Assembly (NCBI GenBank): GCA_951406725.2
Contig: OX597820.1
Location: 77,066,001 to 77,130,000 of the forward strand
Length of the DNA stretch: 64,000 bases
From: Octopus vulgaris
Taxonomy: Eukaryota
Reading direction: 5' to 3'
How positions within the stretch are numbered: position 1 is the first letter of the stretch; the number at the start of each line of letters is the position of its first letter. Below are positions 41,641 through 55,101 of this stretch, one piece after another. The notes under the pieces were generated by a model. That model ran no database searches. It was given only the letters and a program-made list of their open reading frames with translations, and had not been told where the DNA came from. The position numbers and the translations under genes are program-made.

Positions 41641-41674
41641 ATTTATTAAGTATTCCCTTTAAATATATTTATTT

Positions 41675-41840
41675 ATATTAAGGGTATCACTATACATAAA
41701 TTACCTCATGCTAAGAGGGACTCTTAAAGTCAAAACTACCGTAATAAACACATTCGTTACAATATGTTTATTATGGTACTTTTGACTTGAACAGTCCCTC
41801 CTAGTGTGAGGTAATTTATGAATAGTAATGCCCTTAATAT
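41675..41840. repeat. Older fold-back palindrome related to the 26 kb/38 kb family
   Basis: agggtatcactatacataaattacctcatgctaagaggga...tccctcctagtgtgaggtaatttatgaatagtaatgccct; shares the gctaagaggga motif. Confidence 0.7.
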
Positions 41841-42087
41841 ATATATAAATATATATGTATATTATAATACCTGGTGTAAATTAGAAGTGTAAGTCAAAAT
41901 ATTATCTGTATCTACTTGAGAATCTTTTTTTACGTTTGTCGCACTGTCTCTAACGCTTGCCTGCTGAAGTGAAACTCTTGTGGTTAGGGAGTCGAGGTTT
42001 AACCTCGGTCGGTCCAATTTTCCTTCTTGTATTTTTGGCGATTTCTTTTCCTCTGTCTTCCCTTCTCTGGATCTTTCCTTCTCCTAT

Positions 42088-42122
42088 GTTTCCGACGAAG
42101 AGCTCCACTCGAAACGTTAAAT
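42088..42122 (+). ncRNA. Minimal HHR variant (U4C) within repeat 41990-42215 (same family as 38660-38910)
   Basis: GUUU-CCGACGA-A-GAG cucca CUC-GAAA-CG-UU-AAAU. Confidence 0.6.
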
Positions 42123-42217
42123 GCTCCTTCTTTCCTTCTTTGCTGAGCGTCCAGTATATATTTGTCCCACGCCCTCGCGTTGTTGTGTTTTTGTGCGTTC
42201 ATGTTTGGATTAACTTA

Positions 42218-42308
<91 letters not shown>

Positions 42309-42309
42309 A

Positions 42310-42345
<36 letters not shown>

Positions 42346-43089
42346 ATACATACATATATGTGTGTGTGTGTATGTATATATGTATATGCATCGTGTGTTA
42401 GTAGTGTAAGGTTCCTGTTTATAGTTTCTGTACATTCATATACTACACTTCACAATGTTTGCGTACCTTGTTCGAACACACGGAAGCATGCTCGTAGCAT
42501 GCTTATAACAAATACATTTATCAGACGCAATTTGAATGCTACCATTGCAACTTATAGCGGATAAGCACTACATAAATGTTCCAACATACTTTTGTACTTC
42601 ATATATTCTGTAAATCGGAAACGCTTTGAAACTTTTCACAAGCGAATATTTGCTCATTTCTAATATACAATGATGTCTTTTGTTTGTAACAACAAAAACA
42701 AACAACAACAAAAAACTACTCAAGCAGACACTTAATGTCACTTTAGCAAACCACTGGTAAGAACTGTTATAGACGATACTTTATTCTTCTTTCATGTCTC
42801 GCTGCTACATCATTTGTTTGGTGATAATACATTTCTCATATATAATTCATAACGTTTATTAAGATTGTTAAGAGAACTTGTTCGCATATTCTACTTTTCT
42901 TGCCAGTTTAACTTCATGTTTTTCATTTCTTGACACTTTTCGTCTATGCACGGCGTGGGCTCAAAGAAAACGTATTTCAGCTAAAAAGCTTATAATTCTA
43001 CAGAGTTAAAAATGTTCGTTTCATCCATATACATTATATCTGTCGCCATATGCCCGAGATCGATTCCAAGCAGTTACCTGAATAATAAT

Positions 43090-43450
43090 CTGTTGTGTCT
43101 GGGGAGAGTCATTCTCTTTTAGTGCCTTATTATTTAACACACTCACCGGTAAAATATCCACTTATTTCTTATTTTTACTTTCAAAAACATTTTCGTTGCG
43201 TCTTGCAACCTTTTCAATATTATTGGCATTTGAAAGACTATTGGATAGTCTTGACCCTTTCAAGACTCTTTCAAGCCTATTGAAAAGGTTGCAAGACGCA
43301 ACGAAAATTTTAGAAAATAAAAATAAGAAATAAGTGGAAATTTTACCGGTGAGTGTGTTAAATAATAAGACACTTAAAGAGAATGACTGTCCCCAGACAC
43401 AACAGAATATGCTTCAACAGACGAACTCATATAAAGAAACTTGCAAACCA
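43090..43450. mobile_element. Inverted pair (~140-bp arms, ~50-bp spacer) of the U3-A8 HHR-bearing repeat
   Basis: 43091-43229 is the reverse complement of ~43279-43414. Confidence 0.85.
43277..43313 (+). ncRNA. Minimal HHR variant with U3-A8 pair
   Basis: CUA-UUGAAAA-G-GUUGC aagac GCAAC-GAAA-AU-UU-UAG. Confidence 0.6.
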
Positions 43451-43554
43451 AATCCAAAAACGAAAAATAATAATAATAATAACAACAACAACAACAACAT
43501 CGAAATGTACCTTAAGAATGAGAACCTGAGAACCAAGGTTCGAAGCTTCCTCAA

Positions 43555-43600
43555 GACACCTGATAAAGCCTGGAGGGTATATCAGCCGAAACGTTGTGTT
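43555..43600 (+). ncRNA. Mutated minimal HHR (G8A without compensation; likely inactive)
   Basis: GACAC-CUGAUAA-A-GCCUG gagggtatat CAGCC-GAAA-CG-UU-GUGUU. Confidence 0.6.
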
Positions 43601-43851
43601 AACGACAAACAAGATGAGGACAGATATCCGTCAACAATGTAAATAATATATAGCTATCGCTTGTTGGGTTTACTCGTTCCAATAACCACACACGCATATA
43701 TGCATAAATTATGCATATGTGTGTGTGTATGTATGTGTGTATGTATGTATGTGTGTATGTATGTATGTGTGTATGTATGTATGTATACATATGTATGTGT
43801 ATATATATATATACATTTAATATTATATACATTTAAAGTTATATACATGCA

Positions 43852-43920
<69 letters not shown>

Positions 43921-44007
43921 AAGGGTGGAAAGGAACACACGACTTGATATATATGAAAAAACAAGTCAAAAATAGAAAATGCTAAGATAATTTTATAGTG
44001 AATCTTT

Positions 44008-44045
44008 CAGTACCGGTTTCGGTCATTTTGAGACCTTTTCAACTG
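44008..44045 (-). ncRNA. Minimal type I HHR with U3-A8 pair and palindromic loop III
   Basis: CAG-UUGAAAA-GGUC ucaaaau GACC-GAAA-CCGG-UA^CUG. Confidence 0.72.
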
Positions 44046-44305
44046 TAACGATTAAATAATTAAATTTAGAAAAATTAGAAGAAACGTTTTTTTAAAAGAA
44101 TATTTCTGTAGTAGTGTTCAGATATAAGTAGCATTCTGCCTTTCTCTGACTCCCTTGTTTGCACTTGGTATGTTTGCGCTGTATGTGGCAGCAAGACTGC
44201 AATCGACAAGTAATGCCTGAGGGTCCCATCAAGTGGCATTTTGCGGCGGAATTCTGAACTACAATGTGTTTCGCCTACAGAGACAGTTTCCGCTTTATTT
44301 TGATT

Positions 44306-44370
<65 letters not shown>

Positions 44371-44887
44371 ATTTAGGAATGGTCATATTGCCAGTTTAGC
44401 CAATAAAAACACACGCACTATATATTTGGTGTTATTTTGCTTCAGTGTTATTTATTTTTTACATTAATCCTAAACTTATTTCGGCAAGAGTTCTTTCATC
44501 ACACTCCTGTGACCGCATCAGTGGTCCTTTGTTTTCTTCTTTCTTATTTGTGTCTCTCCTTACTAACCGTCAGCCATTTTGTATTTCTATTGTATGTCTT
44601 CATTTGCGCATGCTTATATCTCTATGTGCGTTTATGTTTATTTAGTGTGTGTATGTGGGGGGATGCCTGTAATATTTGTATCTTCTGTTTATATATGTTC
44701 ATGTAATTTGTATTTTGTTTTTGTTGGTTTTGTTTATTCTTATTTTGTTCATGTATTTACATCCACTTATTATTATCATTACATATGCTTGTATGTATAA
44801 CAACAATACTAGTAATAATAATAATACATCGAATCGAAAAAAAAAATGTTTTTTTTAATTATTAAAAAAAAATTTATAAAAAAAAAA

Positions 44888-44934
<47 letters not shown>

Positions 44935-44980
44935 GTTATTTATTTCTATTAATTTATTATGTTTTCAGGATCCTCTATCG

Positions 44981-45405
44981 TCATATGTTGTGATGTGTGT
45001 TAGTGCTCCATTCTAGTTTTCTATTCAGGCTAGGTTTATTTTCTATTATGTGTGTAGCTTCTGTAATTTGTCTAATTGTTGCATCTGATCTATGTGTGGA
45101 TAATATTTTAATTTCTATGTTATTGAATGATCCCCCGTGTTCCTGTTTGGCCTGTTGGTACAGAATCGATTAGCTTTTACCTTCCTTGAGTTGTCTCCAA
45201 CCCTCATTTACCCGCTCTCCTATGCTTCTTGCCGTTTCCCCTACGTATGTCGTTGTATTGTTACTGCATCGTCCCTCTATACATCTTATACTATAGACTA
45301 CATTTCTGGCTTTACAGTTTGTTTGTGGGCTAAATCTACATATAGTACAGTACTTATCCGTACAGGGGGTTCTACTAAAAGGATAGGTTCTACCAATTAT
45401 AGATT
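44981..45405 (-). pseudogene. Penelope-like element 3' ORF end: Cys-rich linker plus GIY-YIG endonuclease, one in-frame TAA
   Basis: PFSRTPCTDKYCTICRFSPQTNCKARNVVYSIRCIEGRC...YVGETARSIGERVNE...KS*SILYQQAKQEH...IKILS...RQITEATHIIENKPSLNRKLEW; 5' end abuts (GATA)n. Confidence 0.88.
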
Positions 45406-45406
45406 T

Positions 45407-45462
<56 letters not shown>

Positions 45463-45671
45463 TAGATATAGGGAGAATTCACGAAAAAAAAACAAAAGAC
45501 GAAGACCGGTGGTGTAGAAAACAAACAGATGCATTAGTTAGTATAACGCTCGGGAATTGAACAAAATCTTTAACATTTCGAGACTACGCTCTTCCACAGA
45601 AAAGAACACAGAAAGAAACAAGGAGAGAAAAATATGTGTGTATTGGCTACCGATCTATCATGGCATATCAT

Positions 45672-46693
45672 AAATATACCCAGGCCCATTCCCCATTTTT
45701 TAGGAGTGGAGAGCCACAACAAGACTCACCAAGCATTCCATTCATTTCCCAGCTCAAAGAGGCGAGCCCTGTTCTATGCTGAAGTCAAAGTACAGAACAC
45801 AACCTCCAATATCAGCAGTAGGGCCGACAGCATATTCTGTTTTACCCTCACTGCATGATTCTGATTCCGTACACCTTTGAGCAACATCAAATTCACTCAT
45901 CAGTCCACAAACACTCTCGAAACATTCCTATCATTTATAAATTTTCTTGCCTCTTTCACTCCAAAACCTCTAAACACCAAACCTTTCCTCGCTCCCTCCA
46001 TCCACATAAACCGAAGTCTGCCTCTCGTTCTGCTGCCTACCACTTCTGCATTCATCACCCTCCTTACCATCCGCTCCTCCTCCATCTTCTGCATGTGACG
46101 AAACTACCTCAACATTCGTCTATCCATCTTGGTTGTTAGTCTTTCTCTCAATCCCGCTCGCCTTCGCATCTGCTCATTCTTCATCCAGGCTATCCGTGTC
46201 ACACCAACCATAACCTTCAAATATTTCATCTCAAACACATCTAGTCACCTCCTTTCTGCCACTCTCAGCCACCATATAACATTGTCGCCACAATCACACC
46301 CTCATACACACCTCTTTTCGCTTTCATACTCAGCATTTTAGCTCTCAACGTACCTTTCCCAATTCCAAGTATTATACTCACCTCCCTCACTCTGTATCCT
46401 GTCTCCTCAGCCAACTCACCATCCACCGTCACATGTGATCCCAGATACTTAAAAACACTCATCTCCTCTAACATCTTACTATTTCTACTTATATCCATCC
46501 TACCCGCCTTTCCATCTCTCGAACATCTTATCACGTTACTCTTAGCTACATTCACTTTCAGTTTCCTCCTCTCACACATTCTTCCAAACTCTACTACAGT
46601 TCTCCTCAGCTGCTCTTCTGAATCCGCAACGAGGACTGGATCATGAGTAAACAACAACTGACTCACTTGCCATTTCTCTCTATTTTCTCCCAC
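45672..46693 (-). mobile_element. RTE-clade LINE 3' fragment
   Basis: QLLFTHDPVLVADSEEQL..EFGRMCERRKLKVNVAKS..FKYLGS and GSRTRGR.RFMWMEG motifs. Confidence 0.85.
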
Positions 46694-46750
46694 CATATAT
46701 ATAACCCAGGGATCAAGGTGTTGTAAGAAAGTTATCTTTGATCAATCCAT

Positions 46751-46880
46751 AGGAAATATGGCAAGAAGCATAGGAGAGCGGGTAAATGAGGGTTGGAGAC
46801 AACTCAAGGAAGGTAAAAGCTAATCGATTCTGTACCAACACGCCGAACAGGAACACGGGGGATCATTCAATAACATAGAT
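46751..46880 (+). repeat. Inverted duplicate of part of the GIY-YIG region (~45115-45240)
   Basis: ggcaagaagcataggagagcgggtaaatgag...ggatcattcaataacataga is near-identical, including the TAA. Confidence 0.9.
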
Positions 46881-49800
46881 TTTTTTCCGTATCGAAGTAC
46901 AATAAACTGAAAAAAGTTATTTTTATATCTCTCGATAGGCGGCTAGAGTTGGCGAGTATGCGAATAAGAATAAAAGACTTAAAGAAAGGAGTAGATAAGA
47001 TCCGAGCTGCATATGTTTCATAGCGAACGGAATATCGGAAGTGGTAAATATCTGAGTGAGGTGTATAGCGCAGACTGCTCGTCAAGCCAAGGCTTTCTTG
47101 AGTAAATGAGAGTTTACCTTGTCGCAAGGTGGTACATTATAACACATGAAAGGTCGATCAGAATCTGTATGTGTGTGTGTGCGTGTGCCTGTGTGAGTAT
47201 GTGTGTATGTGTGTGTTTGTGTGTGTGTTTGTGTTCGTAGCTTTTACCCAAAGAAATGCTATAGTGAGAATAGCAGTTTACTGATATAGGTCGTTCACAT
47301 GTTCGTAGAGTTTGTCTTCCATCCTCAAAAACAAATTCTTGTTGCCTTTCTTCATTGACTACAAATAATGCGATTCGAGCGATAGCAAGGTGTTGTTATC
47401 GATTTTTAGATGCAAGATAGAAGAAGGCAGTCCGGTGTTCGCAGATGTCGACATGTTGTTTACAAAGCTGACATCGTTACCCACAGACAAATGTCGAAGG
47501 TTAAAGAACGTAATATAGAACATTGAAGGAAAAAATCGCAGCGGGACACTATGCAGCTGCGAACACTGACGCTAATCACCAACGTACGCTCCAATATATA
47601 TGTGCGGCGATAGTAGTAACACATCCTTAGTTTGCGCTTTTAAACATTACTCAAAATACTTTACTATTACTAAGTTCAAAATATAGAATTATCAACAACT
47701 CGAATAGGAGCTTTTATAAACATATTTTTTAGAATACGTTAAATGTAAAGTGTGAATTTCTGATTACTATTTCCAAATCACGTTTTAAAACACACGAAAA
47801 CTGCATTGTAACCAATTCCTCTAAGTCCCGTTTAGAAGATTTGTTATAAATATTTATGTCAACCTATTGTGGACATATTCCGTTGTAGAATTGTTAATAT
47901 CGAAATATATTTAATAGAGGGGCATTTGCAAAATCTGTATAACAAATTGAACGAAATTTTCAATAAGGGTGATAGAAAATATGTCGACAAATGGTTGTTT
48001 AGTGGCATCCGTTGAACAGTGTGTGTTGGGAAGTACATCATTTGTGTGTTGTAGAAAATTGATTTGATAGCCGACCATTTCACATTTCTCCAAAATATTG
48101 ACAAATTTATCCTGGGTAAATTGAGAGTATAAAAATATGTTTGCAATTCGCTTAAAGGTTTGCAATATGTGAAAATGATACAAATGCTTAAAATATGGCT
48201 TGAGTAATGCACACGAGGAGTTACTCAAGTTATGGAAGACGATAACAATAAATGAAAACAACGACAACACATTTTATGGTATCTTTTTTTACATAAGATA
48301 TTTATATAAGATGTTTGCATAAGATGTTTAATAACCTTATAGAACTTCGGGTATGTTTTCCTTTCAAACAAGAATGTTTGGAGAATTTCATTGCTCCTGG
48401 TATTATTTGCAAAGGTATTGTGAGTGAAAGCATTGATGGATTACTCTGTTTTTATTTGTGATCGGTTAAGATAAGTTGCATCACAAGCGGTAGGAATGTG
48501 ATATGGCAATAACAGATGTACGTTACCTATCTTGATAATTAGCGCCCGCAGGAAGGAGTGTTGTCGCCTCTATTCATTCACTGTTTGTTGCTAAATACCC
48601 GGAAATGCTCTTCTAGGATGGGCAATATGTCTGAAAAATAGGATGTTCACAAGGCCAATACAGGAGTGGAAAACGGGAATTGCGATGAAAGACACTTTTT
48701 CCGACGCTATATGCAGCATCCAATCCCTTGCGATCGTAAATTAAAAGGTCTCAGGTAATTGTGACTTTATTCATACCTCACCGATCAGTGCCAACCGTAA
48801 TAACTTGGGGTTAAATTCGATAAATATGCTTGATAGATTGCATCTTCTTATATTCTTGCAAACCATGTTCATGTTGAAGAAATTCTTGTATCTTTAAAAT
48901 GACTTTTCCCTAAGTTCAGTGCATCATGATGTTGCTTGTCAGATTCGTTTGGCGAAACAACGCAATAATTTGTTCGTGTGCAAAATTGAAAAGTAACATT
49001 GAAGCACAAAGCAAAAATTCTCATGAAGTTCCCCAAATTCCGGATATATGATTGCTGATCTGTTTTACTTCATGGTGAACTATTGTGCATCCGTCCATTG
49101 GGTTCGCTGAAAAGAAACCAGGCGTATGTTCAATGGGTGTATGAAGGAGACCAGGCTAAATGGATTCAACTTTTCCTTACTAATCTCAGAACTGGAAAAA
49201 ATCCATAGCGTTATACCGGAATGATGATCTTATCGTCGCTTTTCTAACTCTGCTATCATCTACTCTGTGAAGAAACGCATGGCCGAACGCAGCTCTTACG
49301 TCCACGGCTATCGTCCTCACTGCGATACGAGCCCACGAAGCAAAGATGTTGTACTTTCGATCACCACATCTATGTGCTTTATAAACCCCCCACGTGAATA
49401 CTGCCCTTGAGTTCGCGCTGTTCCATTCATTTTCTTCATAATGCAAAATATGTTCTCTTGCCAGATTCTGCTTGCAATTCATGTAATTCTGCCTCGTACA
49501 TGGCAGATGTCAGATTTGTGTAAATGTATTTCCAATCGAGAAAGAGTAACTGCACATTCTCCACTAAAACCTTGTCGTTTTAGTCATAATTCCACCTGTT
49601 GCTGCTTCTTCTGCCTAATACGAGAAGATCACTACGTATCAGTCACCGCCGGATGGATTTATTTTCGTGCCGCTCTTAGTCGAAACAGGAGTAACGATAA
49701 CAGACAGACTTCCATTTACTCCTGTGAAATTGGCAGAGAATTGTCACAGCTCATGACGAAACTTCGTGAGGTAGTGTGGCGGATGCTTCGAAATTTGTAA

Positions 49801-50278
49801 CCTGATCATTTGCAATCCAATCAGCGGAAAACAGCTAAGACAAATTGTATATTTAATAAAAAATATATTAGAGCTGAAGCAAGAAAAGAAGATTAATCGT
49901 CCTCCCGATTATACAGCTTATATCAAAACTCCATTAATCAACTTTTATAATCAGGAGGAAACATCATAATTAATCTTAGAAAAGAAGCAAAAAGAGAGAA
50001 TCTAATTACTGAAAATGATAGTTTGCCATAAATCATGTAAATTTAGACAGTTCAGCAAGGTAAATTCTTCTCTGTATACATTTTGCGATAACAAGCAATA
50101 TGAATATTTAGGACCTGCGAAAGAATATACTGCTAGTGGCATTCATACACAGTTTCACAATAATTATTTGACAAATACATATCCAGAAAAATCCTAGATT
50201 GATCTCTCATAGGGAAGGTCTCAGCTGTTATTTAGTAATTGTGATATATCCTCCAGTGGCAGTGATAAAATTAATAAA

Positions 50279-50690
50279 GGCGTAGGAGTGACTGTGTGGT
50301 AAGTAGCTTGCTTACCAACCACATGGTTCTGAGTTCAGTCCCACTGTGTGGCAACTTGGGCAAGTGTCTTCTACTATAGCCTCGAGCCGACCAATGCCTT
50401 GTGAGTGGATTTGGAAGACGGAAACCGAAAGAAGCCCACTGTATATATGTATATGTACATATATATGTATGTGTGTGTGTTTGTGCGTCTGTTTGTCCCC
50501 TGCAACATCGCTTGACAACTGATGTTGGTGTGTTTATGTCCCCGTAACTTAGCGGTTCGGCAAAAGAGACCGATAGAATAAGTACTAGGCTTACAAAGAA
50601 TAAGTCTTGGGGTCAGTTTCCTCGACTAAAGGTGGTACTCCAGCATGACCGCAGTCAAATGATTGAAACAAGTGAAAGAGTAAAGAGTAA
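50279..50690 (+). mobile_element. SINE family B, full length
   Basis: ggcgtaggagtgactgtgtggtaag (A-box-like), gagttcagtccc (B-box-like), internal TA/TG microsatellite, short gagtaaa repeat tail. Confidence 0.9.
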
Positions 50691-50894
50691 ACATATATAG
50701 TATTTATGCTGTATAGCATTTCATATATTTCTATTTATTTGTTTTTCAAAATCAAATTTCTCATATGTGTAAAACTCAAAGTAACAAAAATGGTAGAAAG
50801 CGCGGCCAAGATACGCTGTCGCAGGTTTTGTCCAATGACTTATAATACCAGGTATGATTATTAAATTATGAAAAATTTGAAAATATGAAAAATT

Positions 50895-50926
<32 letters not shown>

Positions 50927-51371
50927 CTGCATGTATATGGTATATAACAAAATAGGAAGTTGGAAAATTTATGGTATTATTTTTTCACTATTACACGTGT
51001 TTCATTTACTAATAGGAATTATAGAGTTATCATTTAATTCCTCTGCCTCAATAATTCCTAACAGGAAATTCCTTACATGCCTATCTACTATGTCAAAGTG
51101 TAATTCTTATTAGCAAAAGGAACATGTGTAAAGGTGAATAAATATTAGGAATAAATTTGCCATGTTCCTGTTTTGTTATAATTATGCAAATAATAGGTCT
51201 AGAATTTTCAACTTTAATATTTACTTCGTACCTATACTGAAACAACAACAACAACAAATACATATTGGGTTGTAATAATGGAATAAGCAGATGTGCTTCA
51301 AGAGAAGCAGCTGGGATTTTACCCTACTTATTTACATTACACATACATACATACATACATACATACATACA

Positions 51372-51416
<45 letters not shown>

Positions 51417-54400
51417 GTGTGTGTGTGTGTGCTTGATGCTTAATTTTAGGCAACATAAAAGCCTACGTTACAATGTAAATCTCTTCACAAATGCTGAACA
51501 TAATTTTACAACTCCAAGCCTCTCGCTTTTCTAACGAAATTCTGAAGACACTATTTCCGATCTCTAATAAGTTATGCGGAATTTCTTGCGTCGTATATTA
51601 ATTACAATATTTGCATGACCCGCTGTAATTTAATTCCAAAATATCTAAGTAGGACAGTAAATAAAAAGAGAAGAAACTGTTAGCTACCTAGAGAATTACT
51701 CATGTTACATCACAATTTGTTTGATTCACTTCCTATATACTTATTACTTGATTAGTTCGTGTTTTCCAGTCATAAACTTATGTTTTTTTCAATTGTATTT
51801 CTATATTTCTTTCTTTGATCATAAGATGCAGCAGACCTTTTCATGCGCATACAGATAACGTCTGGTTCAGTATATACACGAGAAACCCATATTTGTTAGG
51901 ATTTGATATACTGTATATGTCCGTTTCGCAGCATTACCCTAAAACTTTTGCATCTGAAATACACGCTATGATTAAGAACGCAATGTAATGAATATCTTAT
52001 TTATGCAGAATCAGTGAATCTGTATACGAGCTGAATGTAATGTAAATAACAAGAATTTACAAGCACACGATTAGAGAGAGATTGTGAAAATCTAAACTAT
52101 TCATTAATATAATATATTTATAAGCTATTTATCCTCAAATAATTGCAGATGCGAATAGAGATTTACTCGAACGCAGATGTAGTTTAATCATATAATTATG
52201 GTAGGATTTTGCGAATATACTTGAAGCAGTCTAAGCATTAGTGATTTAAGGTAAGAGGCAACGTAATATCTGAACCTTTTCTTTCTTCTTTTATACATTA
52301 CTGTCTATTTGAGAGGTATATTTCAGTGACATGTATATAAACGTTAGCAGTGAAAACAAGATAGTATTAATTAAAACAGTATATAGAATAGTGATTATAA
52401 TGATGAAACAGATAATGAGATGAAACAGAAGATACAGATAACATTGATGAGAATACAACTATGTCTATAATGATGATTACATTGTCAGAAGAATTAGCGA
52501 AATATCGAAAACACATTGTCTTTTCTGTGCATAGATTTTCCTTTGAATTTCAATATTATATTCAAATTTTTCTCGAATGTAAAATTGATGGTTAACACAA
52601 TATTCTCCTGCAGGTGAATAATATGTATCACTGTTTAATTACTTATATAAGTTATCAGTCAATCTCTTAAGAATGATTATCATAGACAGAACGAAAGCTA
52701 TATAGACAGTACAGTTGTAATTGGATCAAGTAAAAGTCAACTATTAATTATACGTAAATGTATGTTTTTAGTAGATACGAAATATACGATTTGCAGTTAT
52801 ACAGCACAATTTAATGTGAAGCATTTACACATGGGTTTTGGCAGATGTTAGAATATTTGACAAAGTAATATTTTTCTACATACTCCCTAAAGACATGAAT
52901 TTGAATTACTTAAATTACAACGCATTAAGCAAATTGGTTCTTGAAAAACACTGTCTTTAATAACAGATATAAAACTATAAATGTCTAGCAAATGGAGGTA
53001 ATGAAGACAACGAATAACTTTCAATTAATTTTAGACGTGGTTATATTTATAGCCTATTTTCATTGAAATTCTACGAAAATGCAGTTTGATTTCCCTTCAA
53101 AATAATATTCTGTATTCTTGTTAATAAGATCTAATCACTTAGTTTGATTAATGATTATTCTCCTTATGGTAATTAGTTATTAGAAATGTTTAGAAAATTT
53201 GTAATTTTATTGGGCTGTTCATTTTTGTCTTATTTAGGTTAAATTTCTTAATTAAATGTTATGAATATCATTTCGATAACGAACTTTATTAATAACTGGT
53301 GCAATATTATAGAACAGATTATGGCCTTTTTTTATTTGTTTTCTTTTCAGACAGTAACATTTAATTAGACTGAAGACTTTTCAATCAAATACTTCACATT
53401 TATTAAGATGATGACGCTTTGTAGTTTCCGTTGATAATACACAAAATTATTTTAAAAACACGAATAAATAAAACTGTGCGCTATTAACCTCATAAAACAG
53501 AAATTTGAAATCTCCATTGACACTTTCATTATTGTAGAGCGAATTGTATTTTAAACGATTTGTGTAACACTGATCGAAATTATATTAATATTCATACAAA
53601 ACGAATTATGAATTACAGAATTTGCGAGAAACAACATAGCACAATTAATATTTCGTCTGTTGTTGTTATATGTTCATTTCTTTTCCCCCTTATTTTCAAA
53701 ACATAATTGATTTATATTGAAAAATATTCCACCTTAATCTGTATTTCGCAGGTTTTGTCAGTGTTTCATTTTAAATTTCTGTAAGATTATAATTAGAAAG
53801 AGCTGACCATATCATGTGGTTTTTAATTGAAAAAAATATATTACCGTTTCAAAATTTAATTTGAACGACCAGACAAACGCGTCAATATTGAATTGTAATA
53901 TGATAAAATTATTAGATGTTATATAACGACGATTATATACTAAAATATGAATGCTTAATTATTAAGTCACATCACATAAAACTAATTAAGGAAGTTTTAT
54001 ATATAAAATTCACTTTCATCAAAAAAACAACTATGTTCATGAAAAGACTAATTTAAAATTTAGCAAGTCCTGATCAGGTGTTGTAAAATCTACTTGATAA
54101 ACACATACATTAGCATAAATGCATGCATTTACCTATGTCCATTCATATGCAAATAGAAATGGACCACTCAATTTTTGACACACAACACAAACGCGCAAGA
54201 TAAATTCTTGTATTCCTAGATAATACTACGAAGACGTAATGGATCTGAAATTCTCCTCTGCTCATATTTTTGCATGATCATCATAGGTGTGAAGTAAACA
54301 GTAATAAACAAAGTGCACACCATGCATAAAACACGAGGAAAATTTCATTGTGTTTCGAAATTGAATATTTTTTGTTAACGTCAAAATATGAATTACGTGT

Positions 54401-54991
54401 CGAACAGTACTTTAAATGTCGAATAATAATAACAAATTATTGGAATTTGATCATTCGATGAGATAGCTGCATCAGTTTTTGGTTAAATACGATAATTTTA
54501 TAACCATCTTCGAATTTTAACATCCTTAATATGTTCTTTAATGATTTAAAATATTTCATATGTACGTTCACGCCATTTCTATTATCAGGAAACATAAACG
54601 CGATCAGGTTCCGATTTTTCATTTCGCAATATCGATTCCAGCCTCTTATACAAAATAGATATAAACGTAGTTACAACTTATTATGTAAAAGAATAGAAAG
54701 GATATATCTCTAGCGTGATATATCTCCTTCTTTAAAATTTAAAGAGAATGAAATCGATGTCTATCACCATTATAATAAATGAAATCATTACAATAATTAC
54801 CGCTGTATACAACAACTCCCTGCCAATGAATATATATATATGAACATTGATTTAGTCATCGTATTTTCGTTGAAATTATGCCACCAGCATTTAAAAGACA
54901 TACATTCACACATACTTATATGTATGTATAGATACGTATGTATATTTGTGTGTGTGTTCAAATTCATACATGCACATATTCATACACACAC

Positions 54992-55101
<110 letters not shown>

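Noticed and set aside
47800-49800. Possible old DNA-transposon (hAT-like) coding remnants
   Set aside because: No diagnostic motif or termini could be read with confidence
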